Below are positions 45,865-55,153 of a stretch of 64,000 nucleotides of DNA, piece by piece; positions within the stretch are counted from its first letter, which is position 1; every line of letters begins with the position of its first letter. The stretch is taken from assembly GCA_964350785.1 (NCBI GenBank), contig CAYGMD010000002.1:215-64214 (forward strand), written 5' to 3'. The notes under the pieces were generated by a model. The model made no database searches and had not been told where the DNA came from. It saw nothing but the letters and a program-made list of their open reading frames with translations. The translations under genes and the position numbers were made by a program. Source of the DNA: an uncultured Acidobacterium sp. (lineage in GTDB: Bacteria; Acidobacteriota; Vicinamibacteria; Vicinamibacterales; UBA2999).

Positions 45865-47727
45865 ATGGCATCCACGGGCCAGATCCTGAAGACGCGATTG
45901 CGGCTGCTGCGCGCCGCCTGGCGGGCCGGGAGCGCGCTCGACCCACCACACTTCGCTCAAGTGGTGGCGGTCGCGGCGGTCAACCCATACGCGACCGGGG
46001 CGCAGCTGAAGTTGGTCCAGGATCTCGCCGAGCCGTTCTCGAGCCAGTGCGCCGCGGCGTTGGTGGCGTGTCCCACCGTCCCCGTCGCAAAGCTGCGCCA
46101 GATCAGCGAGTTTGACGACCCGTTCCGGAGCCAGTGCCTGGCCGCGCTGATGGGGAACGGCGCCCTCGATGTTGCCGATCTGCGCGTCGTTTACGCGTTT
46201 GCCGATCCGTATCGCACGCAGTGCCTCGCCCTGCTGGCGGCAGGCTCCGCCGTGGACGTGCAGAAACTGGCCGAGCTGCAGGCGCTGGTAGATCCCTTTC
46301 GCACGCGATGCCTGGCGTCGCTGGCGGCCGACCCCGGCGTGAACACGCGGACGTTGCACGCCATGGGCGACCTGCCCGAACCGTACCGCACGCTGTGCCT
46401 GGGGCTCGCCGTGACTCACAACCGCGTGAGCCATGACGCCATCCGGTCGGCGCAACCCGTGCCGACAGTACCGACGGCGCTGCCGGTGCCTGCGCCGGCG
46501 CCGCCGCCAGAGATCGACGCAGCGCGCGCGGCCGAGTTCGGCCACCATCGGCCCGAGCAACCCGGGCACGCCGACGTGTTTTTCCGCGATCTCTTCGGTG
46601 TCTCCGAGCCCGCGTTCGACGATGACCGGCATTTGCGCGAGACGCTGGAGTGGTTACTCCGGAGCAGGGACGTGACGGGCACCGCGGGGTTCGCGGCGTC
46701 GTATCACTTCCGCCACGGCTGGCTGCCGCCGTACCCCGAAACGACCGGCTACATCATCCCGACATTCTGGGACGCTTTTCACGCTCTCGGCGACGAACGG
46801 TATCGCGAAGCGGCATGTCAGGGCGCGGACTGGGAGATTGGCATTCAGCTCGAGTCCGGTGCGATCCAGGCCGGCTACCTTGGCGACGACCCGCAAGGGT
46901 TCTGGAACTCGAACGTGCCCGTGCCCGCGGCGTTCAACACGGGCCAGGTGGTGCTAGGTTGGAGTCGCACGTACCGGGAGACCGGCGATGCGAAGTATCT
47001 CGAAGCTGCGGTGCGGGCGTGCCGGTTCCTCGAGCGGTGCGTGGACGAGGCCGGCGTGTTCCGGCAGGGACTGTCGCCGGGCCCGCGCAACCCCACGCGC
47101 TCCTACTACACGCGCGTGGCGTGGGCGATGTGCTGGACGAGCCAGCTCTCGGGCGAGTCGTCTTTTCAGGACGCCGCGGTTCGTCATCTCGATTGGGTAG
47201 CGCACTGCCAGCAGCCAGACGGCTGGTTCCCGTACGCCAGCTTCCAGGACGATGGCCGGCCATTGACGCACACCATGGCGTACACCGCGGAAGGCCTGTT
47301 ACAGGCAGGATTGCTGCTGAGCGTTGACCGCTACGTGGCGGCGTCCGAGGCCCACGTCAAGGCGGCCATGCAGGCCTGCGAACGGCGGGGGTTCTTCCTG
47401 CCGGGGTACTTCACTGAGGGGTGGAAGAGCGTGGAGGCCTTCTCGTGCCTGCCCGGTAACGCGCAGTTTGCCACGCTGTGGCTGATGCACGGGTTGCGCC
47501 TCCGCGATCTCACGCTGGCGAACACGGGCTTGAAGATGGTCGAGTGGATCAAGGGCCGCCAGGCGCTCGACAATCCGGAACCCGGCATTCGCGGCGGTGT
47601 GCCCGGGGCGTGGCCGATCGACGGCGGCTATTCGATCTTTTCAATGGTGAACTGGGCGGCGAAGTACTTCGCCGATGCGCTGCTCGAAGCCCGCCGCGTG
47701 AAGCGAGAACTCGTTGATGTTGGGTAA
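45865..47727 (+). CDS. Two-domain protein: six 29-aa HEAT-like repeats, a Pro-rich linker, and an alpha/alpha-toroid-like C-terminal domain
   Basis: Repeats have the form DP(F/Y)R(S/T)xCLAxLAA. The linker is PVPTVPTALPVPAPAPPPE. The C-terminal ~400 aa is rich in W/Y/G helix-hairpin motifs (GYIIPTFWDAF, GGVPGAWPIDGGY). The fold call is tentative. Confidence 0.5.
   Translation: MASTGQILKTRLRLLRAAWRAGSALDPPHFAQVVAVAAVNPYATGAQLKLVQDLAEPFSSQCAAALVACPTVPVAKLRQISEFDDPFRSQCLAALMGNGALDVADLRVVYAFADPYRTQCLALLAAGSAVDVQKLAELQALVDPFRTRCLASLAADPGVNTRTLHAMGDLPEPYRTLCLGLAVTHNRVSHDAIRSAQPVPTVPTALPVPAPAPPPEIDAARAAEFGHHRPEQPGHADVFFRDLFGVSEPAFDDDRHLRETLEWLLRSRDVTGTAGFAASYHFRHGWLPPYPETTGYIIPTFWDAFHALGDERYREAACQGADWEIGIQLESGAIQAGYLGDDPQGFWNSNVPVPAAFNTGQVVLGWSRTYRETGDAKYLEAAVRACRFLERCVDEAGVFRQGLSPGPRNPTRSYYTRVAWAMCWTSQLSGESSFQDAAVRHLDWVAHCQQPDGWFPYASFQDDGRPLTHTMAYTAEGLLQAGLLLSVDRYVAASEAHVKAAMQACERRGFFLPGYFTEGWKSVEAFSCLPGNAQFATLWLMHGLRLRDLTLANTGLKMVEWIKGRQALDNPEPGIRGGVPGAWPIDGGYSIFSMVNWAAKYFADALLEARRVKRELVDVG
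45940..46460 (+). repeat. Imperfect tandem coding repeat, about 87 nt x 6
   Basis: The translated units (DPPHFAQV.., EPFSSQCAAALVA.., DPFRSQCLAALMG.., DPYRTQCLALLAA.., DPFRTRCLASLAA.., EPYRTLCLGLAV..) recur every 29 aa. Boundaries are approximate. Confidence 0.6.
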
Positions 47728-48454
47728 GCTCTTCGTAATCGGCACATTTGACCAGGACGTCTCTGCGTTACCTGCGGTCGACTTGATGCGTTGCCTCGTT
47801 GCCGCCGGTGTGCCGCCCGCCGGTGTGATCTTCAAGCGTAGCCTGGGCGCTGACAATCCGCCGCGGCCGGTCCTCGCCGAGGCCGCGAGCGGTTGCTCCG
47901 CGCTCCACGTGAACGACTTCAATAACCCCGAGGTGGTGGCGCGAGTTGCCGCCCTGCAGCCCGATCTCCTCGTTTACGCGGGCGGCCGCGACCTTCTGCG
48001 GCCGCCCTTGCTTTCGACCGCCAGGCTCGGCTGCTTGGGCGGACACTACGGCCGACTGCCGGAGGTGCGCGGGATGGGCACCGTCGAATGGAGCGTGATC
48101 ATCGGTGAGCCGCCCGCCGTCGCGATTCAGCGGATCAGCCGTGGCATCGACACCGGCGACATCGTCATGCAGGCGCGGGTGCCGCTCACGACCGGCGACA
48201 ACTTCGCCGCCATCCGGGATCGCAGCTACTACATGACGAAGGTGATGCTCGCGGTGGCGGCCAAACGTGTATTGGTCGACGGCATCACCGGCACGCCCCA
48301 ACAGGGCGCGGCGGGCCGGCAATTCTTCCGTCTGCACCCGGCGTTGCAGCAAATGGCCGAGCGCGCGTTGCAGCGACACGTGACGGGGCTTCGAGACGAC
48401 TGGCATGGCCATGTGGTCCCGATGGTCGACCTCGACGGGGCACAACATCAATGA
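47714..48454 (+). CDS. Formyltransferase-fold protein, N-terminal domain only, catalytic Asn not conserved
   Basis: LGGHYGRLPEVRG aligns with the xNxHxSLLPxxRG motif but has Gly in place of Asn. GIDTGDIV retains the Asp. 246 aa with no Fmt C-terminal domain. Confidence 0.6.
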   Translation: MMLGKLFVIGTFDQDVSALPAVDLMRCLVAAGVPPAGVIFKRSLGADNPPRPVLAEAASGCSALHVNDFNNPEVVARVAALQPDLLVYAGGRDLLRPPLLSTARLGCLGGHYGRLPEVRGMGTVEWSVIIGEPPAVAIQRISRGIDTGDIVMQARVPLTTGDNFAAIRDRSYYMTKVMLAVAAKRVLVDGITGTPQQGAAGRQFFRLHPALQQMAERALQRHVTGLRDDWHGHVVPMVDLDGAQHQ

Positions 48455-49962
48455 GACGGGCAGTGCGAGTGGCGGCGCTTATGGTTTCGGTGCTGGCGGC
48501 GCTGGCTACTGGTGAGCTCGCCCTGCGATTGACCGATGGCTTCGTCTTGTGGTCCGTGCGGCTCAGGCCGTTGCAGTCCGGTACGGAGACATCGCAGGGG
48601 GCCGAGCCCGGCGGGCCCGATCGCGCCTTCGCCGCAGCGTTGCCACTGGCACCAGGCGTGGACCCCGCTTGGTACGACAACGACCCGGTGCCGGTACCGA
48701 AACACCCAGACGATCCGTTGATCAGCAAGCGACTCTCCGAGTATCCGAATGACCCGATCGGGGCGCTATTCGTTTGGAACGCCAATTACGTCCGCGAGCA
48801 GGTGTGCGCCGGCAACCAAACCGGTTCGATGGGAATCCTGCAGGAGTTCCTGGTTTTCGATCCCGTCGAGCAAAGCGCGTTCCCAATCTTTCGGCACCTG
48901 CCGAACGCCAGTCCGCCGGGCTCGTTCACGTCCAACGCGTTTGGCTGGCGCGGATCGCCGTTAACGCTTGAGAAGCCGCTCAACACCATCCGCCTGGCGT
49001 TCGTCGGCGCGTCGACCACCATCGCCGCGCACGCTTTCGCGTACTCTCATCCAGAATTCGTCGGCCATTGGCTGAACCTGTGGGCGCAGAAGCAGGGGTT
49101 GCCGCACCGGTTCGACGTGATCAACGCAGGCAGGACCGGTATCGACTCCGCGTCGATCGAAGCCATCGTCCGTCAGGAGGTCGTGCCGGCAGACCCCGAT
49201 CTCGTCATCTACTACGAGGGCGCCAACCAGTTCGCCCCTGGCAAGTTGATGCGGATGCCCTCGACCCTCGCTCCAAAGCCGACGGTGACGTTCCGAAAGC
49301 GAACGGTGCTTGAGGATTACCTTGTGAGTGCAAGGCGTGGGCTCACAGCGCTCGACATCATGAACGGCGGCAATGGCCACGAGCCGGCTAAGCCAGATTA
49401 TCCGATCGTCTGGCCCGTTGGCGTCGACCAGGTGAATCCTGTCGTGACGCAGAAGCCGCTACCGATGGATCTGGATGCGGTCGTCGCGAATCTGGACCGG
49501 ATGCGCGGCGCTCTAACCGACATTGGCGGAGAACTGGCGGTGTCTTCCTTCATCTGGCTGGTGTATCCAGGGATGCGGCTCGATCTGTCGAGGGATCTGA
49601 CCATCTACCGCCAGTTGAATGACACCTACTGGCCTGCGACCTATGCGCATATGCGGAAGACCGCTGACTTCCAGAACCGAGTGTTTGCGTCGTATGCCAA
49701 GCGGTATGGCCTGCCTTTCTTCGACGTTGCGAGTGCCTTTCCTCGTGATCCGGCGCTTTTCGGCGATGCCATACACCTGCGGCAGGAGGGTCTTCGCCTT
49801 CAAGCGTGGATCTACCTGCAACAACTGGTGCCACTGGTCAAACAGCGGATCGAATCCGGCCTCTGGCCACGCCGGCCGTCGCCGCCGCCGCGTCGGAATC
49901 CCGCGAACTACACGGCGCACTTGCTGAGCCGGCGGGACATTCTGGCGTCGTGTGGCCGATAA
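48451..49962 (+). CDS. Membrane-anchored SGNH-like hydrolase/esterase
   Basis: N-terminal hydrophobic anchor (AALMVSVLAALATG). LAFVGASTT (block I-like), NAGRTG (block II-like), YYEGANQF (block III), FGDAIHL (block V DxxH). Confidence 0.5.
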   Translation: MRRAVRVAALMVSVLAALATGELALRLTDGFVLWSVRLRPLQSGTETSQGAEPGGPDRAFAAALPLAPGVDPAWYDNDPVPVPKHPDDPLISKRLSEYPNDPIGALFVWNANYVREQVCAGNQTGSMGILQEFLVFDPVEQSAFPIFRHLPNASPPGSFTSNAFGWRGSPLTLEKPLNTIRLAFVGASTTIAAHAFAYSHPEFVGHWLNLWAQKQGLPHRFDVINAGRTGIDSASIEAIVRQEVVPADPDLVIYYEGANQFAPGKLMRMPSTLAPKPTVTFRKRTVLEDYLVSARRGLTALDIMNGGNGHEPAKPDYPIVWPVGVDQVNPVVTQKPLPMDLDAVVANLDRMRGALTDIGGELAVSSFIWLVYPGMRLDLSRDLTIYRQLNDTYWPATYAHMRKTADFQNRVFASYAKRYGLPFFDVASAFPRDPALFGDAIHLRQEGLRLQAWIYLQQLVPLVKQRIESGLWPRRPSPPPRRNPANYTAHLLSRRDILASCGR

Positions 49963-50007
49963 GCCCAAGCCGTCCACGGTGTCCCGCTTCTCCGCGCTGC
50001 TTGTCTC

Positions 50008-51534
50008 ATGTCACTGCAGCTCGCGCTGCGCGACCATGTCGCCGGGGCGACCGCGTCGGCGATGAGTGACTCTATGCTGCAGGTGTCCCCCTCCCTGAAT
50101 ATCCAGGTGCAGGTGTTCGTTCGTAGCGCCTACGGCATGCTCATGCTGCTGACGCTGGCCGCCGCGCTGCCGCATGCCCGACGCTACTTCCGCAGCGAGC
50201 GGTGGGGTGGCTACACCCAGTCCAGCCCGGTGGCGGACGCGATCCAGAACCCGCTCGTCATCCCCGTCGTCCTCGCGTTGTGGCTGCTGGCGGCCCTGGG
50301 GCTCGCCCTTGGACGCGGCGTCATCGCCTCGGCGCTGGTCAACCTGGTCTTCTGCTACTACTTCTTCAACCGGTTGCGCTGGCGGAGCGTGTCGCGCGGG
50401 ATGGGCGCCCCCGGCTTCATGGCGTTCTGGTTGGGCGCGGCGGTGTGCCTGCTCGAGGTGACCACGCGGCACGCACCGGACCTGCGCACATTGGTCCTGC
50501 TGACGCTCCAGATCGACTTTGCCGCCATCATGCTGTCGGCCGGCCTCTACAAGCTCTTCGCCGGATACCGCCAGCAGCGCGGCATGGAGTTGGGAATGGC
50601 CAACCCCGAGTGGGGGTACTGGTGGCGCTTCTGGTCCACCTGGCCGCCGACCCATCCGCTGTTCCGGTTGTTCAACGAAATGGCGTGGGGCACCGAAGTG
50701 GCCTGCGGCATCCTGATGCTGATTCCCGCCACGCGCATGCTGGGCGGCGTGGTGATGCTCGCCAGCTTTGTCTTCATTGCGACCCAGATCCGCCTTGGGT
50801 TCCTGGCCGAGATGGTGATGGTGTGCTGCCTGCTGTTCGTCGGCGAAGGCACACTCGTCAACGGCTGGTTGCTGGCCCTGCTGCCGTCGGCGGCGCCGAC
50901 GAGCGGCCAGCCGCTGCCGGCTCTCGCGCAGTCGACGCTTGCCGCGCTGTGCTGGGGCTACCTCGTGCTGCTGCCGCTCGTGCGCGGGGGGATGTTCTAC
51001 AACCAGCTGAAACACCGGTCCCTGCCGGCACCCGTTCAGCGCGCCCTTGATCTCTACGCCAACGCCTTTGGCCTGATCCTGTGGCGCGTCTTTACCGCCG
51101 ACGTGGTCAACTTCTTCGTCCGGGTCTGGGAGGCGCCCGCCGCCGGCAGCCCCCGCCGGTTGGTGTCCGATTACCGGTTGACTGGTCCCTGGCGCTTCTC
51201 GCAAGTCGCGGAATGCATCGCCCTCACCAGCGCGTTCACGACGTTGAAGTACTACCCCAGCAACCGCGGGCTCTTCGTCGACCGCCTGCTGCGCTACGCT
51301 CGCACGATCCCGCACGCGCCCGGTGCCCGCCTCGTCTTCGAGTGGGTGCTCATAGCCGCGCGGCCGGAGCGGTTCGAGTATGTACCGATCGCGGAGTACA
51401 CCGTCGACGTCCGCGCCGGCACCGTTACCGATCGCGTTCTGAGTGAGGAGGCAAGCGTGTCGGGCGTCCCAGCCGTGTCGCCGGTCCACGAGGGCGCGCG
51501 GCCCGGGAGCTATGCACCCAGGGTGGTCAGCTAA
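50008..51534 (+). CDS. Integral membrane protein with a C-terminal soluble domain; family unknown
   Basis: 508 aa. About 8 hydrophobic segments in the first ~330 aa, then a ~170-aa hydrophilic tail. Start is uncertain (alternative ATG at 50059). Confidence 0.5.
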   Translation: MSLQLALRDHVAGATASAMSDSMLQVSPSLNIQVQVFVRSAYGMLMLLTLAAALPHARRYFRSERWGGYTQSSPVADAIQNPLVIPVVLALWLLAALGLALGRGVIASALVNLVFCYYFFNRLRWRSVSRGMGAPGFMAFWLGAAVCLLEVTTRHAPDLRTLVLLTLQIDFAAIMLSAGLYKLFAGYRQQRGMELGMANPEWGYWWRFWSTWPPTHPLFRLFNEMAWGTEVACGILMLIPATRMLGGVVMLASFVFIATQIRLGFLAEMVMVCCLLFVGEGTLVNGWLLALLPSAAPTSGQPLPALAQSTLAALCWGYLVLLPLVRGGMFYNQLKHRSLPAPVQRALDLYANAFGLILWRVFTADVVNFFVRVWEAPAAGSPRRLVSDYRLTGPWRFSQVAECIALTSAFTTLKYYPSNRGLFVDRLLRYARTIPHAPGARLVFEWVLIAARPERFEYVPIAEYTVDVRAGTVTDRVLSEEASVSGVPAVSPVHEGARPGSYAPRVVS

Positions 51535-53402
51535 TGTGCGGCATTGCCGGCATGTTCGGGCGCGGCGACCGCGCCGTCACCGAGACGATGCTCGGCACGC
51601 TTCGCCATCGCGGGCCCGATGACGGACACGTCGTCCACGGCGAGCGGTTCGCGCTCGGCGCCCGTCGGCTGGCTATCCTCGATCTCGCGCACGGCCGCCA
51701 GCCGATGTCGAACGAGGACGGCTCGATCTGGGCGTGTGAGAACGGCGAACTCTACAACTACCCGCAACTCCGTCCGCGCCTGCTGCAGGCGGGTCATGTT
51801 CTGCACACCACCTGCGACACCGAGGTCCTGCCGCACCTCTACGAAGAGCACGGCGCCGGCCTGCCCGACCACATCGACGGGATGTTTGCGATCGCGGTGT
51901 GGGACGAGAAGACACAGACCGGCCTGCTGGCGCGCGACCGGATGGGCAAGAAGCCGCTCTACTACTGGCACCGCGGCGACGTCCTGTACTTCGCCTCCGA
52001 GCTCAAGGCGCTGCTCACCGTGCCCGGTTTCACGCGGACCATCAACCTCGAGGCGATGCACCACTTCATCAGCCTCAAGCACGTGCCGCATCCGCTGACG
52101 ATCTTCAAGGACGTCTACATGCTGCCGCCGGCGCACCGCCTGACGTTCCGCCCGGGCGAGCAGCCGGTGATCAGCCGCTATTGGGATGTCGACTTCACGG
52201 TCGATCCGGATCTGGCCAGCCAGCCCGACGAGGCGCTGACCGAACAGCTGATCCGCTTGCTCGAGCAGGGCGTGAAGCGCCGGCTGCTGTCGGATGTGCC
52301 GATCGGCTTCTTCCTGAGCGGCGGCCTCGACTCGAGCCTGTCCACCGCGATCGCCGCCGAGGCCACCGGCCGCATCAAGACGTTCACGCTGGCCTACGCC
52401 AACGAATCGACGACGCCCGGCAAGGAGCAGGACCGCCAGTGGGCGCGGTGGGTGGCGGCGAAGTACGGCACCGAGCACCACGAAGAGACCATCGAGTTCA
52501 GCAACTACCCGGACAACCTGCGCAAGATCCTGGGCTGTTTCGACGAGCCGTTCGCGGGCGTCGTCTCCAGCTACTTCCTGTCCCAGCTGATTGCCCGTCA
52601 TGTGAAGGTCGCGTTGTCTGGCGATGGCGCCGACGAGCTTTTTGGCAGCTACCTGTCGCACCGTCTCGCGCAACCCATGGCGCGGTTTCCCGAATACCAG
52701 CGCACGGGGGATGCCGATCTCATCCGGCCCTTCGAGGCCCGGCCGGATTACCTGCAGGGCCTCCTTGGGCCTGGCGACAGCCCGGCGCCCGACTGGGAAT
52801 GGCGCGCGAAGCTGCTGGTGTTTGGCGAGCACGAGAAGCGCGCTCTTTACAACCCGGACCTGCAGCGGGAACTGGCCGGCACCAGCACCGCAGACTACTT
52901 GAGGGAGACGTTTGCGCGGCTGACCGCGACCGACCCGCTCAACCGCGTCCTCGAGGCCGAGTTCAAGACCACCTTTCCCGACCAGGTGCTGACCTATGGC
53001 GACCGTCTCTCGATGGCGCACTCGCTGGAGGTCCGCAGCGCCTACCTAGACACCGACGTCGTCACCTTCGCCGCCCGGCTGCCCGGGCGCGTGAAGATCA
53101 GGCTGGGGGACACGAAGTACCTGCTCAAGCAGGCGGCCCGCCGGTACTTCCCATCGGAGATGGTCGATCGGCCTAAGGAGGGGTTCCTGATGCCCGTCAC
53201 GCAGTGGATGCTGGGCGACCTGCAGGCCTACGTGCGCGACACGCTCAGCCCGGCTCGCCTCGGGCGCCACGATTTCTTTGACGCGACGCGCATCGGCACG
53301 CTCGTTGACCGCCTGTACCAGCCGGGCGCCGACTACACCGACGTCAACAAGGTGCTGGCGTTCGTGGTGTTTCAGGAGTGGTACGATCTCTACCTCGCAT
53401 GA
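51534..53402 (+). CDS. Asparagine synthase (glutamine-hydrolysing)-like amidotransferase, copy 3
   Basis: MCGIAGMF start (TAATG overlap with the upstream stop) and PP-loop LSGGLDSSL. 622 aa. Confidence 0.9.
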   Translation: MCGIAGMFGRGDRAVTETMLGTLRHRGPDDGHVVHGERFALGARRLAILDLAHGRQPMSNEDGSIWACENGELYNYPQLRPRLLQAGHVLHTTCDTEVLPHLYEEHGAGLPDHIDGMFAIAVWDEKTQTGLLARDRMGKKPLYYWHRGDVLYFASELKALLTVPGFTRTINLEAMHHFISLKHVPHPLTIFKDVYMLPPAHRLTFRPGEQPVISRYWDVDFTVDPDLASQPDEALTEQLIRLLEQGVKRRLLSDVPIGFFLSGGLDSSLSTAIAAEATGRIKTFTLAYANESTTPGKEQDRQWARWVAAKYGTEHHEETIEFSNYPDNLRKILGCFDEPFAGVVSSYFLSQLIARHVKVALSGDGADELFGSYLSHRLAQPMARFPEYQRTGDADLIRPFEARPDYLQGLLGPGDSPAPDWEWRAKLLVFGEHEKRALYNPDLQRELAGTSTADYLRETFARLTATDPLNRVLEAEFKTTFPDQVLTYGDRLSMAHSLEVRSAYLDTDVVTFAARLPGRVKIRLGDTKYLLKQAARRYFPSEMVDRPKEGFLMPVTQWMLGDLQAYVRDTLSPARLGRHDFFDATRIGTLVDRLYQPGADYTDVNKVLAFVVFQEWYDLYLA

Positions 53403-54118
53403 CCGCCGCCGTGGCCGACACCCCGAAGACCCTCGTCGTGCTCCAGCCGGGGTACTTGCCGTGGCTGGGCTTTTTCGATCAAATGCGGCGCGCCGACGTC
53501 TTCGCGTACTACGACGATGTGCAGTTCAACAAGCATGGGTGGCGGAACCGCAACCGGATCAAGACGCCGTCGGGCCCCCTGTGGCTCACCGTGCCGGTGC
53601 TGCACCATGGCCAGGGCCAACCCCGGATTCTCGAGACCGTGATCGACAGCCGCTCCAACTGGCAGCGCAAGCACATCGGCTCGCTGAAGCAGTACTATGC
53701 CAAGGCCCCATATGCGACGCGCTACCTGCCTGAGCTCGAGGCGATGCTGAGCCGTCCGTGGACCCACCTGGCGGACCTGGACATCGCCGTGGCCGGCCTG
53801 ATGGCCCGGTGGCTGGAGATTCCGGTGCCGACACTGCGGACCTCGACACTTGGCATCGACGGGACGCCGTCGCAGCGGCTCATCAACCTCTGTCATCACT
53901 TCGGCGCTACTCGCTATTTGAGCGGCGATGCCGCCAGCGACTACCTTGACGTCCCCCTGTTTGCGAGCCAGGGCATCGAGGTGGTGTGGCAGAACTATCA
54001 ACACCCGGTCTACCCTCAGCAACACGGTGAGTTCGTGCCGTACCTGTCGGCCATTGACCTGCTTCTCAACTGCGGCGGCCAGAGCGCCGAGATTCTCAAG
54101 GGCGGACCCACGGCATGA
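53399..54118 (+). CDS. WbqC-like family protein, copy 2
   Basis: VVLQPGYLPWLGFFDQMRRADVFAYYDDVQFNKHGWRNRNR parallels the N-terminus of the CDS at 36068. ATGA overlap with the upstream gene. Confidence 0.75.
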   Translation: MTAAVADTPKTLVVLQPGYLPWLGFFDQMRRADVFAYYDDVQFNKHGWRNRNRIKTPSGPLWLTVPVLHHGQGQPRILETVIDSRSNWQRKHIGSLKQYYAKAPYATRYLPELEAMLSRPWTHLADLDIAVAGLMARWLEIPVPTLRTSTLGIDGTPSQRLINLCHHFGATRYLSGDAASDYLDVPLFASQGIEVVWQNYQHPVYPQQHGEFVPYLSAIDLLLNCGGQSAEILKGGPTA

Positions 54119-55152
54119 AGACAATCCTCGTCACGGGTGGCGCCGGCTTCATCGGCAGCAACTTCGTGCACCACATCTTCAACAAGTACCCGGACTATCG
54201 CATCCTGGTGCTCGACCTGCTGACCTATGCCGGGAGTGTCGACAACCTGCCGACCGATTTCCAGGACGCGCACACCAGCGGGCGGATCGAGTTCTGGTAC
54301 GGCGACGTGCGCAATGCGTCGCTGGTGGAGAACCTGATGCGGCGCGTGGACGTGGTGGTGCATTTCGCCGCCGAGACGCACGTTACCCGCTCGATCTTCG
54401 ACAACTACCACTTCTTCGAAACCGACGTGCTCGGCACGCAGGTGATCTCGAACGCGGTGCTGCGCTGCGCCGATCGCATCGAGCGCTTCGTGCACATCTC
54501 CACTTCCGAGGTCTACGGCACCGCCGAGGCGCCGCTGATGAACGAAGAGCATCCGCTGAAGCCGCTCAGTCCCTATGCGAGCGCGAAGTGCGGCGCCGAC
54601 CGGCTGGTCTATTCCTACTGGTCCACCTACCAGCTACCCGCGGTGATCGTGCGGCCGTTCAACAACTTCGGCCCGCGCCAGCACCTCGAGAAGGCGGTGC
54701 CGCGCTTCATCACGAGCTGCCTGCTGGACGAGCCCCTGCGCCTGCACGGCCAGGGCGTGGCCCAGCGCGACTGGGTGTTCGTCGAAGACACCTGCGATGC
54801 GATCGATCGGATCGTTCACGCGCCCAGGGAGGCCGTCGTCGGCGAGGTCATCAACATCGGCACCGATCAGAGCCTCAGCGTGGCCGAGGTGGCGCACCAT
54901 ATCGTGAAGTTGATGGGCAAGCCCGAGTCATTGATCACGTACGTCGGCGAGAGGCCGGGCCAAGTGTTCCGGCACACTGCCGATGCGGCCAAGGCGCGGC
55001 GAATCCTGGGCTGGCAGCCCAGCGTGACGTTCGAGCAAGGCTTGCAGAAGACCATCGACTGGTACCGCACGCATCGCAACGTGTGGGAGAAGCAACTCTG
55101 GATGCGCGAGATTCCGATCGTGACCGGGTCGGGGAAGGCCGAGCTCCATTAG
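54115..55152 (+). CDS. rfbB: dTDP-glucose 4,6-dehydratase-like extended SDR
   Basis: ILVTGGAGFIGSNFVHHI, LDLLTYAGSVDNL, the YASAKCGADRLV catalytic YxxxK, and RPFNNFGPRQHLEKAVPRFI. Confidence 0.8.
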   Translation: MKTILVTGGAGFIGSNFVHHIFNKYPDYRILVLDLLTYAGSVDNLPTDFQDAHTSGRIEFWYGDVRNASLVENLMRRVDVVVHFAAETHVTRSIFDNYHFFETDVLGTQVISNAVLRCADRIERFVHISTSEVYGTAEAPLMNEEHPLKPLSPYASAKCGADRLVYSYWSTYQLPAVIVRPFNNFGPRQHLEKAVPRFITSCLLDEPLRLHGQGVAQRDWVFVEDTCDAIDRIVHAPREAVVGEVINIGTDQSLSVAEVAHHIVKLMGKPESLITYVGERPGQVFRHTADAAKARRILGWQPSVTFEQGLQKTIDWYRTHRNVWEKQLWMREIPIVTGSGKAELH

Positions 55153-55153
55153 C

